Shown here: positions 1 through 10,483 of the stretch, piece after piece
Numbering within the stretch: the stretch's first letter is position 1
Layout: each line of letters starts with the position of its first letter
Assembly: GCA_944391645.1 (NCBI GenBank)
Contig: CALXUH010000100.1
Location: forward strand, 1-37,488
Reading direction: 5' to 3'
DNA length: 37,488 nucleotides
Source of the DNA: an uncultured Clostridia bacterium
GTDB taxonomy: Bacteria; Bacillota; Clostridia; TANB77; CAG-508
Position numbers and translations under genes: made by a program
The notes under the pieces: generated by a model
Told to the model about the DNA's origin: nothing
Seen by the model: the letters and a program-made list of their open reading frames with translations, nothing else
Databases searched by the model: none

Positions 1-25
1 ATTTTTAAGCAAATAGACAAATAAA

Positions 26-62
26 AAACACATCTGTTACTTGACGGTAAGATGTGTTTTCA
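26..62 (+). terminator. Rho-independent terminator of a gene ending upstream of the window
   Basis: Perfect 10-bp stem aaacacatct (26-35) / agatgtgttt (50-59) running into a T tract. Confidence 0.55.
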
Positions 63-370
63 CAAATTACTGGCAAACCACTTTGTGGTTTCTCCATTTC
101 CTATATTTATTATAATCTATTTAGAAGAAAAAAGTCAAGAAAAAATTAATATTTTTTAATAATGAGTTACAGACAAATTACAATTTTTTTATGACATTAT
201 AATAGAAACTTTAAGTATAAATTAAAAAACAATAGGTTATGTTTATGAAAAAATTTAAAAGTAATATTTGGTATATTAAAAGATAAAGTAAACGATGGAG
301 GACAAATATATTTTTTTATATTCCAAAATGGAGAAGTAAATGTAAATTTGAAGTAGAGGAGTGAACATAG

Positions 371-1292
371 ATGGATAATGAAAAAAATGAAAAGAGTTAT
401 CAAAAAATCAACCTTAACTGGTACCCAGGACATATGCTTAAAACAAAAAAACAAATAATAGAAGATTTAAACTTAATAGATGTTGTAGTAGAAATACTAG
501 ATGCAAGAATTCCTATATCTAGCCAAAATCCAGACATACAAAATATTATTAAAAACAAGAAAAAAATAATGGTGCTAAACAAAAAAGATTTGGCAGACGA
601 AAAGCAAACTCGGTAGATGGATTGATTATTTTAAACAAAATGGAATAATAGCAATTGCAACAGATTCAAATACTGGAAAGGAAACAAAGGATATTATAAA
701 ACTTGCAAAAAAAATTATGAATGAAGAAATAGAAAAGGCTAAAGAAAAAGGACGAATAAAAAGAAATATTAGAATAATGATAATAGGAATTCCAAATGTA
801 GGAAAATCGTCATTAATAAATAGACTAGTAAATAAAAAAACAGCAGAAGTAGGAAATAGACCGGGTGTTACAAAACAAAAACAATGGGTAAGAATAGGTC
901 AAGGCATAGAACTATTGGATACACCAGGAGTATTATGGCCAAAGTTTGAAGATTCACAAGTAGCATTAAATTTAGCATATGTTGGGGCAATAAAAGATGA
1001 GGTTATGCCAAAAACAGATGTAGCATATCAACTACTAAATTTATTATATAAGAAATATAAAGATAAAATAATATTAAAATATAAATTGACAGAAGAAGAA
1101 CAAAATAGTATAATAACACAAGAGGGAAAAAATGACATTATAAAATTAATGGATATAATTGCAAAAAAAAGAGGAGCTATTATTTCTGGTGGGGAAATAG
1201 ATTATGAAAAAATATCAAGTATAATTTTGAATGATTTTAGAACTGGAAAAATAGGACAAATAACATTGGAGCAGATAAATGGAAATAAGTAA
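371..1292 (+). CDS. rbgA: Ribosome biogenesis GTPase A (YlqF/RbgA), interrupted by a +1 frame break at in-frame CGG 611-613
   Basis: ORF 371-616 (NLNWYPGHM, DARIP) and ORF 717-1292 with its upstream extension (WIDYFKQNG, GIPNVGKSSLINRL, DTPGVLWPKF) form one circularly permuted GTPase. The halves join at act-C-ggt-aga-tgg, giving ...EKQT|GRWIDYF. This matches B. subtilis RbgA spacing as I recall it. RBS aggag lies 8 nt before ATG 371. Confidence 0.85.
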
Positions 1293-1674
1293 AGTAGAAG
1301 CAATGTCACCTTTAACATGGGCTTATGTTGGAGATAGTGTTTATGAAACATATATAAGAACATATTTAGTAGAAAAAACAAATTTAAAGCCACATAAACT
1401 ACATATAAAAGCAATAAATTATGTTAAAGCACAGGCACAGGCAGAAAGCTTACAAAAAATATACGATAGTTTAACACAAAAAGAACAAGAAATAGTAAGA
1501 AGAGCAAGAAATACACAAAATCATCATGTGGCTAAAAATGCTAATCCAGCAGATTATATGTATTCAACAGCATTTGAAGGATTAATAGGATATTTATATT
1601 TAACTGGGCAAGAACAAAGATTAAATGAAATTTTAAAAATGATAATAATAAATAATTCAATTGATAAGGTATAA
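1279..1674 (+). CDS. mrnC: Mini-ribonuclease 3 (Mini-III, YazC family)
   Basis: N-terminal PLTWAYVGDSVYETYIR and central NHHVAKNA...STAFEGLIGYLYL are typical of Mini-III. It overlaps the rbgA stop. The start could instead be the internal ATG at 1303. Confidence 0.8.
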   Translation: MEISKVEAMSPLTWAYVGDSVYETYIRTYLVEKTNLKPHKLHIKAINYVKAQAQAESLQKIYDSLTQKEQEIVRRARNTQNHHVAKNANPADYMYSTAFEGLIGYLYLTGQEQRLNEILKMIIINNSIDKV

Positions 1675-1700
1675 TAATTGCCTTATGAATTGAATAACAT

Positions 1701-1775
1701 GGCCCCTTGGTCAAGCGGTTAAGACGCCACCCTCTCAAGGTGGAGTGATGGGTTCGATTCCCGTAGGGGTCACCA
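1701..1775 (+). tRNA. tRNA-Glu (anticodon CUC), CCA end encoded
   Basis: Cloverleaf read by hand. Acceptor is GGCCCCT/AGGGGTC, anticodon stem CCACC/GGTGG, loop CT-CTC-AA, T loop GGTTCGATTCC. It is nearly colinear with B. subtilis tRNA-Glu as recalled. Confidence 0.9.
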
Positions 1776-1780
1776 CTTTT

Positions 1781-1814
1781 GCTGGAAAAGTAAACATTTT
1801 CCAGCATTTTTATT
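1781..1814 (+). terminator. Rho-independent terminator after tRNA-Glu
   Basis: Stem gctggaaaa (1781-1789) / ttttccagc (1797-1805) followed by atttttatt. Confidence 0.7.
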
Positions 1815-1874
1815 AAACAAAATAATCTTTCCAATTTGAAAATTCGTTTAATACCTTATATAAATTTCTACTAT

Positions 1875-1915
1875 AAAAAATATAATAAGCAAGCATCCCA
1901 TAGGGATGCTTGCTT
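1875..1915 (-). terminator. Terminator of the small Cys-rich gene
   Basis: 13-bp stem aagcaagcatccc (1887-1899) / gggatgcttgctt (1903-1915), followed on the minus strand by a T tract. Confidence 0.6.
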
Positions 1916-2066
1916 AGGGAGGAATGGTTTTTGCTTCAATTGCTTCCTGACAATGTTCTTCTTCATCGGGACAACAGGGAACCGGAGCCCAGCTGGCTTC
2001 GATGGGGCAGACACGGGTCTTCTCAAAATCGAAACAAGGGGTCACACAATTCTGACAATTAAGCAT
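1914..2066 (-). CDS. Hypothetical small cysteine-rich protein (50 aa, 7 Cys) in a higher-GC islet
   Basis: Internal ATG at 2066 of ORF 1914-2120 is preceded by a strong RBS (ggaaggag, 7-nt spacer). Product is MLNCQNCVTPCFDFEKTRVCPIEASWAPVPCCPDEEEHCQEAIEAKTIPP. It has its own terminator. G+C is about 48% by hand count, against about 27% in the flanks. Confidence 0.55.
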   Translation of the reverse strand: MLNCQNCVTPCFDFEKTRVCPIEASWAPVPCCPDEEEHCQEAIEAKTIPP

Positions 2067-2258
2067 AAAAATCTCCTTCCAGATGGTGTGACAGAAAAAT
2101 CTGTCAAAAAGTATGACCAAATTACCGAATTGTAATTTGGTGAAGTACTATAAAAGTACATCAATACAATTATACAGCTGTTTACAAGAAAAGTCAATGT
2201 TTTATAAAGTGCTATTAACAACTATAAATGTATATTATAAAAATATTTATAAAATTAC

Positions 2259-2286
2259 TTGTAAATATTTTTTTTATTGATATAAT
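2259..2286 (+). promoter_or_regulatory. Sigma-A type promoter for pfkA-argS
   Basis: ttgtaa (2259-2264), 16-nt spacer, extended -10 tgaTATAAT (tataat at 2281-2286). Confidence 0.5.
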
Positions 2287-2323
2287 ATAATCTAGAAAAA
2301 TAGAAAAATAAAGGGGAAATATT

Positions 2324-3460
2324 ATGTTAAAAAGAGTAGCAATTATTACAAATGGTGGAGATTGCCCAGGCTTAAATGCAGTAATTCGTGCTATCGTAAA
2401 AACTGCTGAAACACATAATGTTGAATGTTATGGTTTTATAGAAGGCTATAAGGGAATGTTGAAAAATGAATTTATACGATTAGAATCAAATGGTTCTGCT
2501 TCTGGATTATTGCACAGAGGAGGAACAATAATAGGTTCATCTAATAGTACAAATTTGTTTAATTATAAAGTAGAGGAAAATGGAATTGTAGAATACAGAG
2601 ATTTATCAAATGTTGCAATTGATAATGTAAAAAGAGACGGCTTTGACTGTATTTTTACTTTAGGAGGAGATGGAACTCAAAAATCTGCAAGAGATTTTTC
2701 AATAAAAGGATTAAATGTAATAGGAGTACCAAAAACAATAGATAATGATGTTGCACACACAGATATTACTTTTGGATATAATACTGCAGTATCAGTTGCA
2801 ACAGAAGCACTAGATAGATTACATTCAACGGCTGAATCACACCACAGAGTAATGGTTTTAGAAGTAATGGGTAGATATGCAGGGTGGATAGCTCTAGAAT
2901 CTGCAATAGCAGGAGGTGCAGATGTTGCACTTATTCCAGAAATACCATATAATATAGATAAAGTTGTAGAAAAAATAAATAAGCGAAAACAAGCAGGAAA
3001 AAAATTCAGTATAGTTGTGGTATCAGAAGGAGCTAAACCTAAAGACGGAGATATAGTAGTAAAGAAAATGCTAGATGACGGAAAAGGGTTAGACAATGTA
3101 AGGCTTGGAGGAATAGGAGAAAAAGTTGCAGAAGAAATAGAAGCAAGAACAGGTATGGTATCTAGATGTACTGTACTTGGATATGTTCAAAGAGGAGGTA
3201 CACCTACATCTTATGATAGGGTACTTTCAACAAAGTATGGCTATAAAGCAATGGAACTAGCTTTAGAGGGAAAATTTAATACACTTGTAACATTAAAAAA
3301 TGGTAAATTAGACTATGTACCATTAGAAGATGTTATAGGAAATAATAAGGAAATAGGTGCAAAATCTGGAGGAACAGAAAGTACTTCAATAAAAAGAGTA
3401 CCTATGGATGATGACTTAATAAAAGTTGCAAGAAATTTAGATATATCTTTAGGAGACTAG
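2324..3460 (+). CDS. pfkA: 6-phosphofructokinase (PfkA family, long form)
   Basis: NGGDCPGLNAVIRA, LGGDGT, PKTIDND and MGRYAGW motifs. RBS aaagggg lies upstream. Confidence 0.9.
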   Translation: MLKRVAIITNGGDCPGLNAVIRAIVKTAETHNVECYGFIEGYKGMLKNEFIRLESNGSASGLLHRGGTIIGSSNSTNLFNYKVEENGIVEYRDLSNVAIDNVKRDGFDCIFTLGGDGTQKSARDFSIKGLNVIGVPKTIDNDVAHTDITFGYNTAVSVATEALDRLHSTAESHHRVMVLEVMGRYAGWIALESAIAGGADVALIPEIPYNIDKVVEKINKRKQAGKKFSIVVVSEGAKPKDGDIVVKKMLDDGKGLDNVRLGGIGEKVAEEIEARTGMVSRCTVLGYVQRGGTPTSYDRVLSTKYGYKAMELALEGKFNTLVTLKNGKLDYVPLEDVIGNNKEIGAKSGGTESTSIKRVPMDDDLIKVARNLDISLGD

Positions 3461-3468
3461 GTGATAAA

Positions 3469-5178
3469 ATGACAAATTTTAAAGAAGAAATTGCCAAAAA
3501 AATATCAGAAATAACAAATATAGATTTGAATGAATTAACAAATTATATAGAGATACCGCCAGATACAAATATGGGAGATTATGCCTTCCCTTGCTTTAAA
3601 CTTGCAAAAACATTAAAAAAATCACCACAATTAATTGCAATACAATTACAGGAAAATATTAATATTGAAAATACAAATATTGAGAAAATAGAAGTAGTTG
3701 GTGGATATTTAAATATATTTATTAATAAGAAAAAATTAATAGAAACGGTATTAAAAGAAATAAATATAAAAACAGATAAATATGGATATAGTGAAATTGG
3801 ACAAGGTAAGACAGCTGTTATAGAATACTCTTCTCCAAATGTTGCAAAACCATTTCATATAGGACATTTACGTACAACAGTAATTGGTGGATCTATCTAT
3901 AAAATATATAAAGCATTAGGATATAATACAATTGGAATAAATTATTTAGGAGATTGGGGCCTTCAATTTGGTAAAGTATTAGCAGGATTAGAGCTTTGGG
4001 GAAAAGAATATGATATAGAAAACGATAGTATAAATAGTTTATTAAAAATATATGTAAGATTTAATGAAGAAGAAAAAATTAACCCAGAACTTACAGATGT
4101 AGCAAGGGCATGGTTTAAAAAACTAGAAGAGGGAGATAAAAATACAACTAAAACTTGGGAATGGATAAGAAAAGTTAGTATAGATAATTATAATAAAACA
4201 TATAAGTTATTAAATTCTAAGTTCGATTCATATAATGGAGAAGCATATTATAATAACAAAATGGAAGCAACGGTTGAGGAATTAGAGAAAAAAGGACTAT
4301 TAAAAGAAAGTCAAGGAGCAAAAATTGTAGATTTAGAAGAATACAATATGCCACCATGTATAATAATAACATCTGCAGGAACAACAATATATGCAACACG
4401 TGATATTACAGCTTTTATAGATAGAGCAAATACATATAAATTCGACAAAATGATTTATGTTGTAGGAGCAGAGCAAAAATTACATTTTGAGCAATTTTTT
4501 AAAGTCTTAGAAAAAATGGGATATGAGGAATATGTAAAAAAAGCTGAATATGTACCATTTGGATTAATTGTAGATAAAAATGGAGAAAAAATTGGAACAA
4601 GAAAGGGAAATTCTGTTTTTTTAGAGGATATATTAAATGAAGCTATAAATAAGTCTAAAAAAATAATAGAACAGAAAAATCCTAATTTAGAAAATAAAGA
4701 TGATGTTGCAAGAAAAGTTGGTGTTGGAGCAATAATCTTCAACGATTTATATAATAGCAGAATAAAAGATGAGATATTTGATTGGGATACTATTTTAAAT
4801 TTCCAAGGAGAAACAGGACCATATGTTCAATATATTTATGTAAGAACTAAAAGCTTAATAGAAAAAGCAAACTATAAACCTGATATAAATAATGTAGAAT
4901 TTGATTTATTATTAGATGATGAAGCTATAGATATAGCAAAATTATTATATGATTTTGAGAGCATAATAATTCTTGCTGGAGAAAAAAATGAACCATCAAT
5001 TATTGCAAGATATTTAATAAACTTAGCACAAAAATTTAGCACATTTTACAATAATAATAAAATTATAAATGAAGATAAAAAATTGCAAGAAGCTAGGCTT
5101 TATTTAACATATGCATCTGGAAATGTCTTAAAAATAGGAGCTAGTCTACTTGGTATGGAAATGCCTGATAAAATGTAA
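3469..5178 (+). CDS. argS: Arginine--tRNA ligase
   Basis: 569 aa with the class I HIGH motif PFHIGHLRTT and overall ArgRS layout. It starts 8 nt after the pfkA stop. Confidence 0.9.
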   Translation: MTNFKEEIAKKISEITNIDLNELTNYIEIPPDTNMGDYAFPCFKLAKTLKKSPQLIAIQLQENINIENTNIEKIEVVGGYLNIFINKKKLIETVLKEINIKTDKYGYSEIGQGKTAVIEYSSPNVAKPFHIGHLRTTVIGGSIYKIYKALGYNTIGINYLGDWGLQFGKVLAGLELWGKEYDIENDSINSLLKIYVRFNEEEKINPELTDVARAWFKKLEEGDKNTTKTWEWIRKVSIDNYNKTYKLLNSKFDSYNGEAYYNNKMEATVEELEKKGLLKESQGAKIVDLEEYNMPPCIIITSAGTTIYATRDITAFIDRANTYKFDKMIYVVGAEQKLHFEQFFKVLEKMGYEEYVKKAEYVPFGLIVDKNGEKIGTRKGNSVFLEDILNEAINKSKKIIEQKNPNLENKDDVARKVGVGAIIFNDLYNSRIKDEIFDWDTILNFQGETGPYVQYIYVRTKSLIEKANYKPDINNVEFDLLLDDEAIDIAKLLYDFESIIILAGEKNEPSIIARYLINLAQKFSTFYNNNKIINEDKKLQEARLYLTYASGNVLKIGASLLGMEMPDKM

Positions 5179-5234
5179 CAATATATATTAAAATTATAGA
5201 GCATATAAAATTGCTCATTAAATGGGAGGTATTT

Positions 5235-5861
5235 ATGAAAGTAATTGAATTAAAACATCCATTAGTAGAACACAAATTAGCAATCTTAAGAGACAAAAAA
5301 ACAGGTACAAAAGAATTTAGAGAAATAATATCAGAACTTGCAACAATTCTTTGTTATGAAGCAATGAAAGATGCAAAAACTTACGAAACAGAGATAGAAA
5401 CACCTATAAGAAAAATGATAACACACAAAATAAATGAAAATCACTATGCATTTATTCCAATTCTAAGAGCAGGAACAGGAATGCTAGATGGAATTATAAA
5501 TGTAATTCCAAATGCAAAAATTGGACATATAGGAATGTATAGGGATGAAGAAACATTTAAACCAAATGTGTATTTCTTTAAGGTACCAAAAGACATAGAA
5601 AAAAGAGAAGCTATAATATTAGATCCAATGCTTGCAACAGGTGGATCTGCATTAGATGCTATAGAACTTTTGAAAAAAGAGGGAGTTAAAAAAATAAAAT
5701 TTTTATGTATTATTGCTGCACCAGAAGGAATAAAAAAATTAGAAGAAGAACATCCAGATGTAGAAATTTATTGTGCTGCAATAGACGAAAAACTTAATGA
5801 AAATGCATATATAGTACCAGGTTTAGGAGATGCAGGAGATAGAATATTTGGAACAAAATAG
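5235..5861 (+). CDS. upp: Uracil phosphoribosyltransferase
   Basis: HPLVEHKLAILRDK, PRPP loop ILDPMLATGGSA and C-terminal YIVPGLGDAGDRIFGTK. ATG 5235 follows RBS gggagg. The ORF-track start at 5211 lacks an RBS. Confidence 0.9.
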   Translation: MKVIELKHPLVEHKLAILRDKKTGTKEFREIISELATILCYEAMKDAKTYETEIETPIRKMITHKINENHYAFIPILRAGTGMLDGIINVIPNAKIGHIGMYRDEETFKPNVYFFKVPKDIEKREAIILDPMLATGGSALDAIELLKKEGVKKIKFLCIIAAPEGIKKLEEEHPDVEIYCAAIDEKLNENAYIVPGLGDAGDRIFGTK

Positions 5862-5925
5862 AAATATTAATTTATAAAAATTTTTGAAGGTACGTTTCAA
5901 AAAAAAGTTATTTAAGATATTATAA

Positions 5926-5971
5926 AAATGTAGTTTTTCAGTTTAAATTTTGAAAAAGCTACATTTTTTTT
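5926..5971 (+). terminator. Rho-independent terminator after upp
   Basis: Stem aaatgtagtttttca / tgaaaaagctacattt (one bulge) followed by a T8 run. Confidence 0.7.
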
Positions 5972-6052
5972 GAAATAAAATAAGCAAGAGGTTGACAAAA
6001 GTTTGTTTTATGCCATTTAAACAAAAATACAATTAAATTACCTAAAACAATA

Positions 6053-6081
6053 TTGCAAGTTTGGGTATTTTTTGATACAAT
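6053..6081 (+). promoter_or_regulatory. Sigma-A type promoter for radA-disA
   Basis: ttgcaa (6053-6058), 17-nt spacer, extended -10 tgaTACAAT (tacaat at 6076-6081). Confidence 0.5.
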
Positions 6082-6108
6082 ACATAGGTAATTTAAGGAG
6101 AATGCGAA

Positions 6109-7468
6109 ATGCAAAAAACAAGTACAATTTTTGTGTGTAGTAACTGTGGAAATGAGTCAACAAAATGGTTTGGAAAGTGTACAGCATGTAACCAGTGGAA
6201 TACATGTTATGAAGAAAAAACAGTAAGAAAAAGTGGGTCTAAAATATGTGAAAAATTACAGGAAAAACCTACTTTATTAAATGATGTTCAAAAACAAAAT
6301 ATAATTAGAAATTCTACAGGATTTGATGAGTTAGATAGAGTATTAGGTGGTGGTTTAGTTAATGGCTCTTTAATACTTCTTCGGAGGAGAGCCAGGTATT
6401 GGAAAATCCACACTAATTCTGCAAATATGCGATAAAGTTCAAGGAGATGGAAAAGTTCTTTATGTGTCTGGAGAAGAATCTGCAGAACAAATAAAAATAA
6501 GAGCAGATAGGCTTAAAATAAATAATGAAGATATTATGTTTTTAGGAGAAACAGATATAAGCTTTATTGAAGATGAAATTAAGAAATTAAAACCAAAACT
6601 TGTTGTAATAGATTCAATTCAAACAATGTATTCAGATGAAATAACATCTGCACCAGGTAGCGTAAGCCAAGTAAGAGAAATTACATCTAAAATAATGAGA
6701 ATATGTAAAAAAGAAAAAATTACGACAATTATTATAGGACATGTTACTAAAGACGGTAATATTGCAGGACCAAGAGTATTAGAACACATGGTAGACACAG
6801 TTTTGTATTTAGAGGGAGAAAGATATTTTTCTTATAGAATACTTCGTGGGGTAAAAAATAGATTTGGTTCAACAAATGAAATTGGTATGTTTGAAATGCA
6901 GGAAAATGGAATGTGTGAAATAAAAAATCCATCATCAGTTCTATTGTCAGATAGAACCGAAAATTCTCCAGGTACTATAGTTGTTGCTAGTATGGAGGGG
7001 ACAAGAACAATTTTAGTTGAATTACAATCATTAACAATACCAAGTGTATTTGGCTTTCCTAAAAGAACGGCGAATGGAATAGATTTTAATAGATTAACAT
7101 TACTTATTGCTGTGTTAGAAAAAATAGCAGGAATGAGTTTAGGTAACCAAGATGTTTATATGAATATTGTTGGAGGAATAAAAATAAATGAACCTGCTAT
7201 AGATTTAGGAATAATACTTAGTACAGCATCTAGTTTTAAATGCATGCCAATTTCAAATGATACTATAGCTATAGGAGAAGTTGGTTTAACTGGAGAAGTA
7301 AGAAATGTAAATATGATAGAAAAAAGAATAAAAGAAGCAGAAAAAATGGGATTTAAAACATGCATAATTCCAGAAAGTAACAAAAAACTATTGAAAGAAA
7401 AATATAAATTAGATATAATAGGCGTGAAAAATATTATTGAAGCAATGAAATTTTTAGGCTTAAAATAA
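6109..7468 (+). CDS. radA: DNA repair protein RadA (Sms), interrupted by a +1 frame break at in-frame CGG 6382-6384
   Basis: N-terminal zinc ribbon CSNCGNESTKWFGKCTACNQWN. The Walker A motif appears only in the +1 frame right after the CGG (ctt-ctt-C-gga-gga-gag-cca-ggt-att-gga-aaa-tcc = LL|GGEPGIGKST). KNRFG motif (GVKNRFGSTNE) and a Lon-like C-terminal domain are in ORF 6464-7468. Confidence 0.88.
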
Positions 7469-7478
7469 GAGGTGAAAA

Positions 7479-8535
7479 ATGTTAACTGAAATATTAAAGC
7501 TAATAGCTCCAGGAACTCCATTAAGAGAAGGATTAGACAATATATTAAAGGCAAAAACAGGTGCACTTATAATAATAGGAGATTCAAAGGAAGTATTAGA
7601 TGTTGTAGACCGGTGGATTTAGAATAGATGAAGATTATACACCAGCTAAATTATATGAACTTGCTAAGATGGATGGAGCCATAATTTTAAGTAAAGATCT
7701 AAAAAAAATATTATTAGCAAATACTCAAATAATTCCTTCTTCTAAAATAATAACTGATGAAACAGGAACAAGGCATAGAACAGCAGAACGTACAGCAAAA
7801 CAAACAGGTGAACTTGTTATAAGTATTTCACAAAGAAGGAATATAATAACTGTATTTAAAGGTGATTTTAGATATACTATAGAAGATACAGCAAAAATAA
7901 TAACAAGGGCAAACCAAGCACTTCAAACATTAGATAATTATAAAAAGGTATTTGATACAAAATTAAAAATTTTGAATGAATATGAATTTAATGATATTGT
8001 AACATTAGATAATGTAATAATATGTTTACAAAGAGCAGAGATGGTAATGAAAATATCAGAAGAAGTAAACAGAGCAATTTACGAATTGGGAGCAGACGGA
8101 TTTTTAGTAAAGATGCAATTAGAAGAGTTAATAGAAAACTTGCCAAATGAGGAATTGCTTATTATAAAAGACTATATTGCACCATCAAGAAGATTGGTAC
8201 CAGAAAAAGTTTTAAATTTAATAAGGGAAAATGTAAAGGATGGTTTTATAGATTCTAATACCATTTCGAAACTTCTAGGATATGAAATATTTGAAAATTA
8301 TGAAGAAATTGCAGTACATCCAAGGGGATATAGAATTTTAAATAAAATACCAAGAATGCCAAATGCAATAGTAAACAATTTAGTAAAAACATTCAAATCT
8401 TTTCAAAATGTGCTATCAGCGGATATACAGAAATTAGATGAAGTAGAAGGAATTGGAGAAGTAAGGGCAAAAACTATAAAGCAATCATTAAGAAGAATGC
8501 AAGAGCAATTTATGTTTGATAATTTAATGATATAA
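7479..8535 (+). CDS. disA: DNA integrity scanning protein DisA (diadenylate cyclase), interrupted by a +1 frame break at in-frame CGG 7611-7613
   Basis: 44 codons from ATG 7479 ([44 protein letters not shown]) are in frame 0. The rest ([42 protein letters not shown]-terminal Hh[12 protein letters not shown]) is in +1. The junction VVD|GGF matches B. subtilis VVDGGF as recalled. Confidence 0.88.
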
Positions 8536-8553
8536 AACAAAGGAGGAAAAGAT

Positions 8554-9717
8554 GTGAATAAAATTTTAAAATATATATGTAATAGCTTAAATATAACACA
8601 AAACACTACAAAATGTAACAAAGGAATAACACTAGTTGCATTAATAGTTACAATTATAGTTATGCTTATAATAGCAACAACTACAATATATATTGGAAAA
8701 GAAAATATAGATAATTCTAGAATGGTAAGCTTTGTTGCATATATGCAAACCATACAAGCAAAAGTAGATTTTATTGTTGAATATGATGACTATACAAAAT
8801 ACGGAAATACACTTACAGATAGTAATAAGAGTGTATTACAAAATATTTTAAATAGCAAAAATGAAAGCTTTGCTACGACGGTAGATAGTACATATCTTAG
8901 ATATTTTGATAGTAACAATATAAAAAATGATTTAGAAATAGATAATATAGATGATGAAATTGTTATAGATTTTAATACAAGAGAAGTAATAAGTTTAAAT
9001 GGGGTTAAATATGAAGGTAATACATATTATTCACAATATTATTTACCAGATGGACAAGCTTTAAAACAACAAACAGAAGAAATAAATAGAGTTGTAGAGA
9101 TTGGTGATATAATATGTAATATAGATGGATTAAATGCAACATTTACAATTAAAAATATAACCATTACAAATGGGACATTAAGCTATGGAAGTATGAATAA
9201 GAATAATGAAATAAAATGGACAACTATTACAAATTATACAAAAAATGGAGAAGATGTTACTTCAAAAAATATTTCTACATCAGGAACATATTATTTTAAG
9301 TTAGTAGATAATACTACTGGAGAAGACAATGCAGATAGTGAAGGAAATTACCCGTTAGTGGACTTAAGGTTAGCAAATGAACCAAAATTGCAGGGAAACT
9401 TAACAGATTTAAGCACAAATTATAATTACTCTAATTTAAATGATTCATCTAAATGGGCTTTTGCAACAGATACAACTAATTCAGCTAATTTAGTATATTA
9501 TGTTTGGATTCCAAGATTTGCTTATAAACTTAATACATCTGGGAAATTGGAGAAATTACACTTTATAAGAGGAACATCAGATGAAACAACTAGTGGAGAG
9601 TATATTAAAACATCAGAGTGGACTATACCAGAAGTATTCACAAAAAATGAAATACAAAAAACTGGTGTGTGGGTTAAGGTAAATTCACCAAACCAGACGC
9701 GGAATAGATATTGTTGA
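8554..9717 (+). CDS. Large pilin-like protein (prepilin-type N-terminus plus roughly 360-aa extracellular region)
   Basis: GTG start 7 nt after RBS aggagg. A 24-aa leader ends in KG, followed by hydrophobic ITLVALIVTIIVMLIIA. The last five 0-frame codons begin at in-frame CGG 9700-9702. The +1 frame would extend the protein to stop codon 9744-9746. Confidence 0.6.
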   Translation: MNKILKYICNSLNITQNTTKCNKGITLVALIVTIIVMLIIATTTIYIGKENIDNSRMVSFVAYMQTIQAKVDFIVEYDDYTKYGNTLTDSNKSVLQNILNSKNESFATTVDSTYLRYFDSNNIKNDLEIDNIDDEIVIDFNTREVISLNGVKYEGNTYYSQYYLPDGQALKQQTEEINRVVEIGDIICNIDGLNATFTIKNITITNGTLSYGSMNKNNEIKWTTITNYTKNGEDVTSKNISTSGTYYFKLVDNTTGEDNADSEGNYPLVDLRLANEPKLQGNLTDLSTNYNYSNLNDSSKWAFATDTTNSANLVYYVWIPRFAYKLNTSGKLEKLHFIRGTSDETTSGEYIKTSEWTIPEVFTKNEIQKTGVWVKVNSPNQTRNRYC

Positions 9718-9775
9718 TATATTAACTACAGGTACAATTTTATAATAAAATTTAATATATAAGGAGATAATAAAA

Positions 9776-10483
9776 ATGAAAAAAAAGATTTTTTTAGCAA
9801 GTTTAGCATTAGTATTAATTTTAGTAATAATAGCATACATGGTTTATGGGTATTATTATAAAAAAACTTTAAAAACAGAGCATCCAATTGTAACAATGGA
9901 AATTGCAGATTACGGAACAGTAAAAATTGAGTTATATCCTGAAATGGCACCAAACACGGTAAGAAATTTTATTAAATTAATAAATGAAGGATATTATAAT
10001 GGCTTAACATTTCATAGAGTAGAAGAAAGTTTAATTCAAGGTGGAGCCAAAGAAGAAGCAGATGATAGTGAAACAGAATATACTATTGAAGGTGAATTTG
10101 AGGTAAATGGATATAAAGAAAATACATTAAGTTTTGAAGAAGGAACAATAGGTTTGGCAAGGCAAGATTATTCAATGTATTATTACTATACAGGAGATAG
10201 CAGTTATTTAGAAGAAGGCTATAATTCTGGATATGCACAATTTTTCATTACTGCAGAAGATTGTAGTGAAGATTTTGATGGATATTATTGTGCATTTGGA
10301 AAAGTAATAGAAGGAATGGATATAATAAAACAAATAACAAAAATTGAAACAGTGGTTGAAACAGATGAGGAGACTGGAGAAACAGAAGAAACAACAACAC
10401 CAGTAAACCCACCAGTAATAAACAGTATGACTGTAGACACATTTGGAATAGAATATAATGAACCAGAAAAAATAACAAAATAA
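9776..10483 (+). CDS. ppiB: Peptidylprolyl isomerase, cyclophilin type, membrane-anchored or secreted
   Basis: N-terminal hydrophobic segment, then cyclophilin motifs [28 protein letters not shown] and FFIT...[10 protein letters not shown]. Confidence 0.85.
   Translation: MKKKIFLASLALVLILVIIAYMVYGYYYKKTLKTEHPIVTMEIADYGTVKIELYPEMAPNTVRNFIKLINEGYYNGLTFHRVEESLIQGGAKEEADDSETEYTIEGEFEVNGYKENTLSFEEGTIGLARQDYSMYYYYTGDSSYLEEGYNSGYAQFFITAEDCSEDFDGYYCAFGKVIEGMDIIKQITKIETVVETDEETGETEETTTPVNPPVINSMTVDTFGIEYNEPEKITK

Noticed and set aside
197-582. Minus-strand ORFs 197-454 and 400-582 overlapping the rbgA start region
   Set aside because: These are low-complexity Phe/Ile/Leu-rich translations, typical of antisense frames in AT-rich DNA. 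They have no RBS and overlap a well-supported gene.
1541-2135. ORF 1541-1834 (-) and ORF 1836-2135 (+)
   Set aside because: The first runs antisense through mrnC and the tRNA. The second is the antisense shadow of the RBS-equipped Cys-rich gene on the minus strand, and it has no RBS of its own.
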